Source: a virus
Taxonomy: Duplodnaviria; Caudoviricetes
Strand: one strand, 5' to 3'
IMG/VR virus record: IMGVR_UViG_3300042923_000914
Coordinates: 1-40,995 of that record
Length of the DNA stretch: 40,995 bases
In this document: positions 1 through 9,529 of the stretch, piece after piece
How positions within the stretch are numbered: position 1 is the stretch's first letter
Layout of the letters: the number at the start of each line of letters is the position of its first letter
The notes under the pieces: model-generated
Told to the model about the DNA's origin: nothing
What the model saw: the letters and a program-made list of their open reading frames with translations, nothing else
The model's database searches: none
Program-made: the position numbers and the translations under genes

Positions 1-102
1 ATCGTTTTTCTAGCTTCTCTAAAAATATATTTATAGTAGAAACCTTTTGATTTATTTCTTTAACATCACTTTTTATCTCAGAGAAGGTTTTAGAATTTTG
101 TA
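1..102 (+). repeat. Terminal direct repeat, left copy (assembly overlap)
   Basis: Identical to 40894-40995; an ORF reads through the join. Confidence 0.95.
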
Positions 103-244
103 TCTTTTCATTATTAAAATTTTCATTGATTGAGGATACTTCATCTTGTAGTTTTTTGATATCTTCAGTATTCTGTTTAGTAAAAATACTAGTTTCCTTT
201 TGAATATCCTCTATTCTTCTAATTCTATCCTCTGTTATTTCCAT
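1..244 (-). CDS. 5' part of a 117-aa XhlA-like membrane protein (coiled coil plus C-terminal TM); continues at 40893-40784
   Basis: ATG at 244 with AAGGAGA RBS; MEITEDRIRRIEDIQKE...; frame continues across the circular join; lies upstream of holin. Confidence 0.75.
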   Translation of the reverse strand, partial: MEITEDRIRRIEDIQKETSIFTKQNTEDIKKLQDEVSSINENFNNEKIQNSKTFSEIKSDVKEINQKVSTINIFLEKLEKR

Positions 245-245
245 C

Positions 246-350
246 TTATTTCTCCTTATCTTTTTTAGATTTAAATAAGTTAGATAGGAATATTTTAATT
301 CCGCCTACGCCACCTCTAGGAAGTAATATTTTCTTAATCCAATCCCACAC
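246..350 (-). CDS. 34-aa cationic amphipathic peptide, not in the ORF track
   Basis: GTG overlaps upstream TAG; GGGGGTGAGG RBS; MWDWIKKILLPRGGVGGIKIFLSNLFKSKKDKEK; stop lies 1 nt before the next ATG. Confidence 0.65.
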   Translation of the reverse strand: MWDWIKKILLPRGGVGGIKIFLSNLFKSKKDKEK

Positions 351-601
351 TAATCCTCACCCCCTACATTTCCATTTACATTTTGAACGTCTTGATAGAC
401 ATTGCCTTCACCATTTTCAACGTAATTTTTTGTGAGATAAGGTGTGTGAAAATATAAAAATAAATAAACTACTACAATAATGCATAAACATACTGTTCTA
501 ACAATAGATTTTATTGTCTGCATTCTCATAATTTTCTCAAGGCGTTTAAAATATTCCTCTTGATTTTTCTCAAGTAATTTGATTACTTCTTCGATGTTCA
601 T
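350..601 (-). CDS. Single-TM membrane protein in lysis region
   Basis: Hydrophobic stretch TVCLCIIVVVYLFLYF. Confidence 0.7.
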   Translation of the reverse strand: MNIEEVIKLLEKNQEEYFKRLEKIMRMQTIKSIVRTVCLCIIVVVYLFLYFHTPYLTKNYVENGEGNVYQDVQNVNGNVGGED

Positions 602-659
602 TCATACACCATTTTGTAACCTTTCTGTAATTAAATTTTAATCTATTTTCTTGTAAACT

Positions 660-742
660 TGATATAATTAGATTACATTCTTAACCGAATGTAATCTTTT
701 GAGAGAACTATTAGACGTGTACTGTCTTTAGTTCTCTTTTTG
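660..742 (+). ncRNA. Putative ~70-nt counter-transcribed small RNA
   Basis: Extended -10 TGaTATAAT (660-668), palindrome GATTACATTC-N6-GAATGTAATC, then GAGAACTA..TAGTTCTC hairpin plus T-tract. Confidence 0.5.
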
Positions 743-748
743 CATAAT

Positions 749-772
749 AAAAAGAGAGTATTTCTACTCTCT
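749..772 (-). terminator. Intrinsic terminator of wzy-like moron
   Basis: AGAGAGTA-GAAA-TACTCTCT-TTTT on minus strand. Confidence 0.8.
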
Positions 773-798
773 AAGTTCGTAATAATTTTATTATGAAG

Positions 799-2022
799 TT
801 ACTGGAATAACTCCCTTCTCTTATCTTCATCAAATTTCTTTTCCTTACTCAATGTTAATATCAATGTTGTTAGTAACCAAAATTGATGATGTACTAAATA
901 GCTAGATGAAAACATTAATTCTATCATTACATTTATAAACAGAAATACAATTGTATGATAAGATAAATTCTTTTGTTTTAAAAGCCAATATGTGTTTCTA
1001 AGTAATATAATCATTATTATCGAAAATATTATTATACCCACTATACCAAATGATTCTAATATCTCAAGTATTATATTGTGAGGATATGTATAAGAACCCA
1101 TAGTTTCAGAATAATAACCTATCCCATTTCCTAATATAGGGCTTTCTTTAAAATCACTTATTGCCTTAAAATAGAATATATCTCTCCCACTACTTGCAGT
1201 AGTAAAATTATCACTAAATAGAGATGCTATTCTCCAAAATATTATTTTAAATTCTAAATTCTTAGAAGCAAAAACACTAACTATTACAGCTACTATACTA
1301 GAAAATCCAATAATATATTTTGTAAATTTCCTTTTTTTAATCCCATACATGAATAATGCTACCATAAAAGTTACCGCAATACTTACTAAAGAACCTTTAC
1401 TTCCGGATGCAAATATTATAAATACATTTATTATTAATAATGCTAGATACAATAATTTACTTATAAGTTTTTTTTCATGTGTTAGTTTTATGAAATTATA
1501 AGGGAATAAAGCAGACATAGTGTACCCAATTAATAAATGAGAAGCGCCAGATATACTATTAAACCCTAACAAAGTGTTATAACTTCTTAACATCTCTATG
1601 CAAAACGCTATTGTTATAAATATATTTATAAACTTTATTTCTTTATAGAAGTTTTCTATATCCTTGTTACTAATAATCAATGCTATTGCTACAGAAGGAA
1701 TAGTAAAGCCTATAAAGTATTTAAATATTTGAAAAACAATAGGCGATTTGTTTAAAGTGAAATAACTGTAAAATAAGCATATTAATAGAATTATCATTAA
1801 CATTACTATATTAACCTTACTTAGTCTAATTATTTTTTTCTCATTACTAAATGCCTGTTTGATAAAATTCAAAAATATAATACATACTAGAATAATGACA
1901 AGAATTATGTTATAAATAGTAAATTTTAAACTATCAACATTATTATCAATCATAAATAATGATAGTAAACAAAAAAATAAGCTTGTAGAAAAAAAATAAA
2001 CAATGAATGATTTAGATTTCAA
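799..2022 (-). CDS. O-antigen ligase/polymerase (Wzy_C/WaaL) family multi-pass membrane protein
   Basis: Many TM helices; motifs SGSKG, SSGRD..F, PILGNGIG, YPHNIILEILESFGIVG. Confidence 0.88.
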   Translation of the reverse strand: MKSKSFIVYFFSTSLFFCLLSLFMIDNNVDSLKFTIYNIILVIILVCIIFLNFIKQAFSNEKKIIRLSKVNIVMLMIILLICLFYSYFTLNKSPIVFQIFKYFIGFTIPSVAIALIISNKDIENFYKEIKFINIFITIAFCIEMLRSYNTLLGFNSISGASHLLIGYTMSALFPYNFIKLTHEKKLISKLLYLALLIINVFIIFASGSKGSLVSIAVTFMVALFMYGIKKRKFTKYIIGFSSIVAVIVSVFASKNLEFKIIFWRIASLFSDNFTTASSGRDIFYFKAISDFKESPILGNGIGYYSETMGSYTYPHNIILEILESFGIVGIIIFSIIMIILLRNTYWLLKQKNLSYHTIVFLFINVMIELMFSSSYLVHHQFWLLTTLILTLSKEKKFDEDKRRELFQ

Positions 2023-2027
2023 TTATA

Positions 2028-2062
2028 TGTCCCCCTATGTTTTTTTTACAATTATAACATAA
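2028..2062 (-). promoter_or_regulatory. Independent promoter and RBS of wzy-like moron
   Basis: TGtTATAAT extended -10, then AGGGGG RBS and TTG start. Confidence 0.65.
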
Positions 2063-2079
2063 TTCGTCACTTTTACGCA

Positions 2080-3972
2080 TTAAATAATTTCCCAAGAATA
2101 GTTTGCATTTGCCGTTGTATTTGTTCCATCACCTATAAAAATAGTAAAACTTCCACTTGATATTGTTGTATAAAATGTTTTTTTGCCTGCTTCTGCATTA
2201 ATAGGAGTAATTCCTATACGTGATGTAGTAAGTATATTTGCATTAGTTACAGTAACACTATTTGTTCCACTTGATATAGTTACAGTACCACCCATAATGT
2301 TATCAGATAATCTATTTTTTGATATAGATGTACTTGTTAATGAAAATGGTGTTTGCGAAGCTAAGTTAGTGCTTGTTAAAATAATTTTATTATTTGAAAA
2401 TTCATTTTTATCGCTAGTTGATTCATTGAAAGCAATAACTGTAAGATTTGTTCCAAAGCCTGTCAAACAAATTGTTGTGTTGGCTCTTATAATATTTTCA
2501 TATGAATCAGTTAATCTTACAAATCTAAATACAGTAGCTGAAGGTGCATTATATTCTAGCAAAATTTCATTATTAAAAATTTCGGAGTGCTTAAGATAAG
2601 AAGTAAATATACCCCAAGAAATATTTTCTGCTCCAACAACTGTTAACTTATTCCCAAAAATTTTATTATAATATGCAGATACCGTTGCATTTCCTCCCGC
2701 AAAACTTATTAATCCGAAATTTGCAATCGAACATCCTTTAATGGTATTATTTGATATAATGTTATTTTTTGTAATGGGATTTGAATTTGCATTTACAATT
2801 CTTATTGCTATCACTGCATTTATACCACAATTAATTGTATTATTAGATATTATATTTTCACTTATGATATTCCCTGTTAAAGTTTGCAGATTAATAATAG
2901 AAGTTGATGTTGCTGCTATTGTTTTTATAACATTATTTGTAACAATACACCCAACAGGTTCTCTTAATGATATAGTTGTTCCAAATGTTTGAACAACTCC
3001 AAGTCCATCACATTCCATTAAATTATTACTAATTATATTACCTTCTCCGTTTGCAGCTATAGGATTGCCACAGTTATAAAAGCTATTGCCTGTGATATTG
3101 ACGCCAACATTACCAACACCCGCATAAACCCCATGGTCGTAACAATCAGATATAATATTATTGATAATATTAAATGCCCTAGTAGATCCTGACCCATAAT
3201 TACCTACAAAAATACCTTCAACCATACCTTGTATTCTATTGCCTTCAAAAATTATATTACCTGATGGATATAATGCTGGAGGATTATATGTGATTCCAAA
3301 ATGGACTGTATTTGAAGTATTAAACTGTCCAATGGGTAAATTGCCATTTACTTTTGTATTTCTTACAGTTATACTGTTAACTTCCTTTATACCTATTCCA
3401 ACCATCGGAACATTATTTATAGTTACCTCTGAAACGGAACAATTATTACCCTCTACCTGTATTATGCTATAGCTCCATGGCGTAGAACCACTACCTGGAT
3501 ACCATACTGCAGGCGAATCTATATATCCAAAACCTGAAATAGAACAATTATTACCAATTAATTTGATACAAGTTCTATCAGATTTAGTAAAAACAATTTT
3601 AGAACCTTGTGTAAATTCAATAGATGTATTAGAGTTTGGTATATTTAAGGTATCAGAAATTTTAAATGTACCATTTAATAATAGTTTTCCATTAGAGAAA
3701 GAGCCTAAATAATTGTTCAATGCGATAGTATCATCTGTTACTCCATCACCCTTTGCACCAACATTTTTTGCATTCACCGCAATATCTTCCAAAGCCGAAC
3801 CAATTCTATCTTCCATAGTGTTTAAATTATCACCACTTAATGGAGTCCCGGCTTGAGTTACTACTCCTGTAACTGGTGTAAGTGTTATAGTCCCATCTAT
3901 ATTATCCTCAACGCTATAAGTATTAGGTCTTTCTATTATTCGATCTTGCCAATTTGTTTTCGTGAATGCCAT
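2080..3972 (-). CDS. Tailspike / receptor-binding protein with right-handed beta-helix (pectate-lyase-like depolymerase)
   Basis: N-terminal virion anchor (FTKTNWQD..GTPLSGDNLN), GAKGDGVTDDT motif, Asn/Ile-rich beta-helix repeats. Confidence 0.88.
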   Translation of the reverse strand: MAFTKTNWQDRIIERPNTYSVEDNIDGTITLTPVTGVVTQAGTPLSGDNLNTMEDRIGSALEDIAVNAKNVGAKGDGVTDDTIALNNYLGSFSNGKLLLNGTFKISDTLNIPNSNTSIEFTQGSKIVFTKSDRTCIKLIGNNCSISGFGYIDSPAVWYPGSGSTPWSYSIIQVEGNNCSVSEVTINNVPMVGIGIKEVNSITVRNTKVNGNLPIGQFNTSNTVHFGITYNPPALYPSGNIIFEGNRIQGMVEGIFVGNYGSGSTRAFNIINNIISDCYDHGVYAGVGNVGVNITGNSFYNCGNPIAANGEGNIISNNLMECDGLGVVQTFGTTISLREPVGCIVTNNVIKTIAATSTSIINLQTLTGNIISENIISNNTINCGINAVIAIRIVNANSNPITKNNIISNNTIKGCSIANFGLISFAGGNATVSAYYNKIFGNKLTVVGAENISWGIFTSYLKHSEIFNNEILLEYNAPSATVFRFVRLTDSYENIIRANTTICLTGFGTNLTVIAFNESTSDKNEFSNNKIILTSTNLASQTPFSLTSTSISKNRLSDNIMGGTVTISSGTNSVTVTNANILTTSRIGITPINAEAGKKTFYTTISSGSFTIFIGDGTNTTANANYSWEII

Positions 3973-3984
3973 TATAACACCACC

Positions 3985-4230
3985 TTATAAATATTTAGAT
4001 AAATCTTCATTAAGCTTAAGTTTGTCATTTTCAACCTTGAATTTATCCATGTTTCTCATTACAACAATATCATCATCTATAACTATAAAGTCATATATCA
4101 ATTTGAAATCTTCTTCTTCTACGCCAAATAAAGACATGTCTTGGATACCACCTGCTATTCGAGATATGTCTCCTGTTCTTTTATTGTAATAAATTGTCAT
4201 TTTACTTTTCATTTCTTCTATATTTGCCAT
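3985..4230 (-). CDS. Small tail-associated protein
   Basis: GGAGG RBS; position between tail tip and tailspike genes. Confidence 0.65.
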   Translation of the reverse strand: MANIEEMKSKMTIYYNKRTGDISRIAGGIQDMSLFGVEEEDFKLIYDFIVIDDDIVVMRNMDKFKVENDKLKLNEDLSKYL

Positions 4231-4240
4231 ACAAACCTCC

Positions 4241-6028
4241 TTAAGCTAATACGGTATAATGAATAATTGCATTTCCGACATTAAATATATCATTGCTAAC
4301 ATTTGAACCATCCCAATTAGCCTGGCCTCTTTGTATAGTTGTTAACATTTCAAATGAACCATTTCCATAAGAAGTAACATAGCAATCTGTATCAGATAAA
4401 TATACTCCACCAGCTCCTGTAAAAGCAACTTGAAAAACTACTGCAAAATTTTTATTTTGAAACTCAGAAGGCAGTGTAATAGTTGTTGCTGTTCCATTGC
4501 TCAAAGGTACTGTTACATAGTTGTTGTAAATAAGAGCATGATATCTATGTAATGCTCCTCCTGCAAAAACTTCTAATCCATCAGGGTCTATTTTTGTGTA
4601 TGTTCCATCATCATGCATATACTGAGAGTAAGTTGGAGTATGAACAGCTTTATTGGAACCTGTTGTCCCACCTATAGTAAATCCTGTACCAGTAAAATTG
4701 TAATTAGTTCCTTCCAGCTTTCCATTTATAGATAAGTTCCATGATTCTGCATTTTGAGTTACCTCTGTTTCTAAATCAGTACCCCTACTAACTTTTGATG
4801 TTAAAGTTTCGGCGGTTTGTTCTACATATGTTTCAAACTCATCTTGAGTTACTCTTTGTTCAATTTTCCCATCTAAAACCTTTATTTCCGTTTTAGCATT
4901 CTTCATATCTAAGGTTAAACTACCCTTAGGAGTAGATTCTTTAGCGGTATTACTCTTTCCTACTGCTTTATAATCCTCTCTATATCCACCTTGATAGTTA
5001 CCTGAAATACTTGTAGCTATAGTGTTATAAGTTCCTAATCCAGTTTGAATTGTTATCATATCTCCTGGATCTATTGCAGGGTTTCCTTGCCAATTCATAT
5101 TAAAAGGCATGTATGAAATACCATTTAAAACGTCATACAAGCCTTGTATAACACTATTGGGATTTTGACAGAATAAATTATCGACTACATAATGAGGATT
5201 ATCTCCCGAACCTTCTGTGGCTGTTTCTGAGCCTAACTGTACAATAACTTTATCTATCCTAGCAATTTGATAATCTTGTTTATCGAAATTAATATAATTA
5301 GCTCTTGTTACAACCACGTTTTCAGATAAATTGATATCATCTGATATTATAGGAAGTGGAGTTTGTGCATAATGCATTCCAGAATAATAGATCATATTTT
5401 CAACGGAAGTAGTTATATTGAATATTTCTAGTTTCCCATCTCGCGTTATTCTTGCATATCCACCAGCTAATTCAGCAATATAAGCAATAGCCTGTCTTAA
5501 AGTAATATTTTGCAAAACAGGAATTGAATTAAGTGTGTAGGTTGAATTAATAAAACTAGTGTTTTTAAGTGTAACTCCTGCCAAACTACATATTTCTTGT
5601 GCTATTTGAAGTAAGTTTTTAGGATAAGTTAAAGTTGAAATATAAGGCTTCTCAAATTTATACATTCTATCATTAGCATCTAAAGTTATTTTTCTGTTAT
5701 CCTTAACAGCTTTAGTAAATGTAAATAATCCAATAGGAACATATTCGAAACTTTCATCTTCAAGCATAACCGCAATTTCAATTAATGCCTCTTTATTTTC
5801 AAACCCATATGAGTTTAAACTAAAGTCTAAATCTATTAAATCAACTTTTGCAGTTTTCATAATTGCGGTTCCTATTTCAAAATCATCACTCGCAATTATT
5901 CCACCATCAAAGTGTATTGAAGTTATATTGTTATCATCTAATGTTAAATCATCAAATGTTATTCGAGATTTTAATGTTCTGTCAGGTTTTGCTATAGCCA
6001 TTTTAAATTCGTCTGATACTGTGTACAT
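4241..6028 (-). CDS. Tail tip / baseplate hub protein (Tal-like)
   Basis: Synteny after Dit; FEIGTA, YVPIGLF and WQGNPAIDPGD motifs, coiled coil, beta-rich C-terminus. Confidence 0.75.
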   Translation of the reverse strand: MYTVSDEFKMAIAKPDRTLKSRITFDDLTLDDNNITSIHFDGGIIASDDFEIGTAIMKTAKVDLIDLDFSLNSYGFENKEALIEIAVMLEDESFEYVPIGLFTFTKAVKDNRKITLDANDRMYKFEKPYISTLTYPKNLLQIAQEICSLAGVTLKNTSFINSTYTLNSIPVLQNITLRQAIAYIAELAGGYARITRDGKLEIFNITTSVENMIYYSGMHYAQTPLPIISDDINLSENVVVTRANYINFDKQDYQIARIDKVIVQLGSETATEGSGDNPHYVVDNLFCQNPNSVIQGLYDVLNGISYMPFNMNWQGNPAIDPGDMITIQTGLGTYNTIATSISGNYQGGYREDYKAVGKSNTAKESTPKGSLTLDMKNAKTEIKVLDGKIEQRVTQDEFETYVEQTAETLTSKVSRGTDLETEVTQNAESWNLSINGKLEGTNYNFTGTGFTIGGTTGSNKAVHTPTYSQYMHDDGTYTKIDPDGLEVFAGGALHRYHALIYNNYVTVPLSNGTATTITLPSEFQNKNFAVVFQVAFTGAGGVYLSDTDCYVTSYGNGSFEMLTTIQRGQANWDGSNVSNDIFNVGNAIIHYTVLA

Positions 6029-6032
6029 TAAA

Positions 6033-6377
6033 TCACCTCTCTATAAAGTTAAGTGAAAGACCTTCCCACAAAACTTCATTATCTTTATATCTATAAGCTG
6101 GTGTGTTTCTATCTCCAACGTAGAAAGTTTTAGTAGTAGTTCCTAGCTGTGGATCAGGATAAGTTACAGTAAAAAAAATAGAAGATATAGTATTTAATAG
6201 AGTAGAACATTCACTTTGCGTTAAAGGTCCCCATTCACATTCAAGTTTCCTTTTAACTGCTATTCTATCTCTTACCATATCTCCATTCGCATTTCTTTCT
6301 GATTTTCCATCTACATCATTAATTGTAGATTTAAATGATTTAGGGGTTTTAATATCAACCCCGTTTATTTTGAGCAT
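6033..6377 (-). CDS. Distal tail protein-like (DUF6711-like)
   Basis: RNANGDMVRDRIAVKRKL and FYVGDR motifs; follows tape measure gene. Confidence 0.75.
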   Translation of the reverse strand: MLKINGVDIKTPKSFKSTINDVDGKSERNANGDMVRDRIAVKRKLECEWGPLTQSECSTLLNTISSIFFTVTYPDPQLGTTTKTFYVGDRNTPAYRYKDNEVLWEGLSLNFIER

Positions 6378-6390
6378 ATTAACAACCCCT

Positions 6391-8787
6391 TTATATTGTA
6401 ATTAAATTCTTTCCAGCTGCTGCATTAACTGAATTTATTCCATCTATTATTTTTTTGAATACTGTTTGTGAACCAAAATTTATTGTTAAATCAATAGGAC
6501 TTCCGTTACCACCACTAGATACTTGTAAAGCTGACATAACAGCACTTCCAAGTTCTGAAGCTAAGTTTTGAGTAAATGAAGTATTTTCCAATGGAACAAC
6601 GGCTTCTTTTCCCGCTTCACCTACCATAGCTAATGTAGGGCTGTCTATAATACCGCCCTTCGCTAAATAAGGTATATTAGGTATATTAAAAACTCTTCCG
6701 CCTATATCGCCAAAGAAAGGTATATTAACAGAAGGTAAATCTAATGAATTAATGCTAGAAATACCGGAATTAATCTTTTGAATTAAGTTATTAACTTTTG
6801 TTTTAATTAAAAAAACTGCTCCATCCCATGAAATAGATATAGCTTCTTTAACTCCATCCATTATTTGAGATATTCTATTCTTCATATTATTAAATCTTTC
6901 TGCAACACCATTTACTATGCTGTCAATTCTACTAAATACTTCTGGATTTGATTGTGTAACTTTGTCTCTTATTAAATTCCACATATCGCCCCAAGTTGTA
7001 GGGAATTTATCTCTAGCTTGTAGAAATAAACCGCCCCATTTATCACGCATCTCCATTATTTTTGTATACATTTCTGGATCTTTTTCTTTTAATTTGTCCA
7101 TAAGCATATTCCATGTATTAGCCCATACTTGATTAGAGTCTGTCTTGAATAATTCAAATAACTGTTTACCTGTATCAACAAAATCTTGTATTTCTAATTT
7201 AGCAGGATCATTAAATCCTTTAATTACTTCAATACCTTCGTCAAATGAAGTTCTCATTATATCTACAAAATTATTAAAATATGGTGCTGTTCCTGGTAAA
7301 TAGATATCTAGAAATGGGTTAATAACATCTTTAACTGCCTCTATAGCATCCCAAGCAATTCCACTCAGACCACTAAATGTTTTTTCAAAATCTCCACTTA
7401 TGATACCAGCTACAAATTCTAATCCATCACCTAGAAAATAAAACGCATCACCTAATAAGTTGACACTTGTTTCAAAGAATTTCCATGCTAACTCTCCTAA
7501 GGCTTTTAATACTGGCATAACATAAGGTTCTAAAACCTTCCAAAGTTCGTAAGCTTTTTCGCCTAAATATTGAAAAGATTTTCCTAGTTTTTCAAGTGAA
7601 GGTCTAACTTTGTCTGCCAAATCCTTTAAAGCTTTTGGTATTGTTGTTTCAAAAGGTGTAGTATCCATTGAAGGCATATCAATACTTCCTACCCCTCCAC
7701 CAGCTGAACCACCTCCGCCACCAGAATCTCCATTATCAAAATTCAATTGATTAATTTCATCAAAAGTTGCTAATGCTCCTTTTGCTTTCTTAGCTGCTTT
7801 TTCTGCTGCGGAACCAGTATTAGTTAATGAATCAGCTAGTCCCCCTTGTGCTGCGCTTGTATCTATAGCTGCTGCACCTAGTCCACTCTGAGCGGTTTCT
7901 ACTCCGAATAAAGCTTTCATAAATCCAGCAACCGCGGATAATACAATATTTAATCCTTTTATGAAACTAGTCAATATAGGCAATACTACTTGAACTATAG
8001 GTAAAAATGCTTGACCTAAATTTATTCTTAATAATTCTAATTGTGTTCTTAATAATCTTAATTGATTAGCAGGACTATCTATTGTTCTTGCTAAGTCTCC
8101 TTGTGCGTTTCCCGTTTGCATTAAAATAGCCTGATATCTAGCCATAACCTTTTGCTGCTGGGTTAATTCTTCGCCAGTTCTTGCAATTCCCATCTGATAA
8201 GCAACTTGTTTTGTAGTGTTTTCATCTACTAATATTCCTAACTGCCTTAATGGTTCTGTCTCTCCAACTAATCCACTTCTCAACTTAACAAATGCTTCTT
8301 CAGTATTGAGATTATAAAAAGAAGCCATGTCATAAGCTAATTGTGTCAAATTAGTACTTAATCCATAGGCTTGTTCTCTCGCTATTCCCATTGATGTAGT
8401 CATGTTATATAAAACACCTACATTTTTTCTAACTTCAAATGCATTTAATCCCAAACTATCTTGTAAACTGTTACTCCATTCTCTAGCAGCATTGGCCATA
8501 TTACCCATAGAAACCTCAAAAAGATTTTCTGATTCTGTAACATCCATAGCTGCCGCTATATCCTTTTTAATTTCATTCAAAGCTTGTTTTGCTAAATATG
8601 CAACTCCTGCGAATCCAGCAAATTTACCTAATTTTGAAGCTAAAGCACTAAAGGAAGAAGCAATTTGATTATTTGTAGAGTTTGTAGTGTTTTGCAATCC
8701 TTTTAATTGAGTTTTTACACTATCTAGCTGTTTCTTTAAAGGTGCTGTTTGAGCGCTTATAATTACCTCTAATTCTTCTAAAGTCAA
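6391..8787 (-). CDS. Tail tape measure protein
   Basis: Long Ala/Gly-rich helical protein with spaced W/F residues; C-terminal LAKGGII..PTLAMVGEAGKEAVVPL. Confidence 0.92.
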   Translation of the reverse strand: MTLEELEVIISAQTAPLKKQLDSVKTQLKGLQNTTNSTNNQIASSFSALASKLGKFAGFAGVAYLAKQALNEIKKDIAAAMDVTESENLFEVSMGNMANAAREWSNSLQDSLGLNAFEVRKNVGVLYNMTTSMGIAREQAYGLSTNLTQLAYDMASFYNLNTEEAFVKLRSGLVGETEPLRQLGILVDENTTKQVAYQMGIARTGEELTQQQKVMARYQAILMQTGNAQGDLARTIDSPANQLRLLRTQLELLRINLGQAFLPIVQVVLPILTSFIKGLNIVLSAVAGFMKALFGVETAQSGLGAAAIDTSAAQGGLADSLTNTGSAAEKAAKKAKGALATFDEINQLNFDNGDSGGGGGSAGGGVGSIDMPSMDTTPFETTIPKALKDLADKVRPSLEKLGKSFQYLGEKAYELWKVLEPYVMPVLKALGELAWKFFETSVNLLGDAFYFLGDGLEFVAGIISGDFEKTFSGLSGIAWDAIEAVKDVINPFLDIYLPGTAPYFNNFVDIMRTSFDEGIEVIKGFNDPAKLEIQDFVDTGKQLFELFKTDSNQVWANTWNMLMDKLKEKDPEMYTKIMEMRDKWGGLFLQARDKFPTTWGDMWNLIRDKVTQSNPEVFSRIDSIVNGVAERFNNMKNRISQIMDGVKEAISISWDGAVFLIKTKVNNLIQKINSGISSINSLDLPSVNIPFFGDIGGRVFNIPNIPYLAKGGIIDSPTLAMVGEAGKEAVVPLENTSFTQNLASELGSAVMSALQVSSGGNGSPIDLTINFGSQTVFKKIIDGINSVNAAAGKNLITI

Positions 8788-9161
8788 GGTTTCTCACCTC
8801 TTTTTCTTGCTGCTGCAATAGCATTAATACGTTCTTTCATTATTCGCCAATCTTGTTGTTTTGGCTTTTCTTCTATATTAGGATTAAAAAATTCATCAAA
8901 AGAAGGAAATTTACAATTCTTATCGAATAGACTTCCTACTGCAATTCTTACTAATTCAGCAGTATTGTAAGCATTAGTTTGAGCTAATTTAGCTTGTAGT
9001 TTTATTTTGCTCTCTTTAAATTCAATTTGTTTCCTTTTTGACTTTATTGCTTGATTTATTTCAGCAAATGTCATATCCCAATAAAAAACTGCATCCACGC
9101 CATAATCACAAGCTATTGGATACAGTTCCTCATATAATTGGGTTATACTTTCTACTTTTTT
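8784..9161 (-). CDS. Tail assembly chaperone, frameshifted C-terminal part (gpT-like)
   Basis: -1 frame is open from the slippery site (KVESITQLYEELYPIACDYGVDAVFYWDMT...) to 8784. Confidence 0.8.
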   Translation of the reverse strand, partial: KKVESITQLYEELYPIACDYGVDAVFYWDMTFAEINQAIKSKRKQIEFKESKIKLQAKLAQTNAYNTAELVRIAVGSLFDKNCKFPSFDEFFNPNIEEKPKQQDWRIMKERINAIAAARKRGEKP

Positions 9162-9481
9162 CCTTCTTCATTAGGTTCTCCATCTTCTGCAAATATTCCA
9201 GATACTTTTAATACATCTACCATTATTCCAGTAAGTTCAATTAATGAACCACCATCTTCAACGTATTCGTCGAATATTTCATAAACATCTTTTAGTTTTA
9301 TATTAGCTTGAAACCTCTGCATAGATTGATGAAGTATAATTAAAGCATCCTTTATACTTGGGAATCCAGCTACAACAGAAATCAAAGGCTTTCCTAATGC
9401 TTTTTCCGCTTCTAAAGATTCATTTGCTCCAAGTCTTAATTTATATTCTTTATTTCCTATTTTTCTTTCAATGTATTTCAT
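9152..9481 (-). CDS. Tail assembly chaperone (gpG-like)
   Basis: Between tail tube and tape measure; ends GGA AAA AAG TAG. Confidence 0.85.
   Translation of the reverse strand: MKYIERKIGNKEYKLRLGANESLEAEKALGKPLISVVAGFPSIKDALIILHQSMQRFQANIKLKDVYEIFDEYVEDGGSLIELTGIMVDVLKVSGIFAEDGEPNEEGKK
9155..9161 (-). other. Programmed -1 frameshift site A AAA AAG
   Basis: Canonical slippery heptamer just before the chaperone stop. Confidence 0.85.
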
Positions 9482-9496
9482 AAATTCCTCCTAAAA

Positions 9497-9529
9497 ATAA
9501 AAGCACCCACAATTAAGTGAGTGCTTTTT
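9497..9529. terminator. Bidirectional terminator after small moron
   Basis: AAAAGCACCCAC-aattaa-GTGAGTGCTTTT. Confidence 0.75.

Noticed and set aside
636-650. Repressor operator at TTAATCTAT (also near 26077)
   Set aside because: Only a half-site match in AT-rich sequence.
2080-3972. Diversity-generating retroelement or invertible tail-fibre system
   Set aside because: No reverse transcriptase, invertase or duplicated variable region seen.
2183-4189. Plus-strand ORFs opposite tail genes, and similar ones at 6917, 8402, 10023, 11408, 13626, 14228, 17472, 17679, 19042, 24534, 26801, 30403, 30961, 31736 and 34621
   Set aside because: Antisense shadows of well-supported minus-strand genes with no recognisable motifs.
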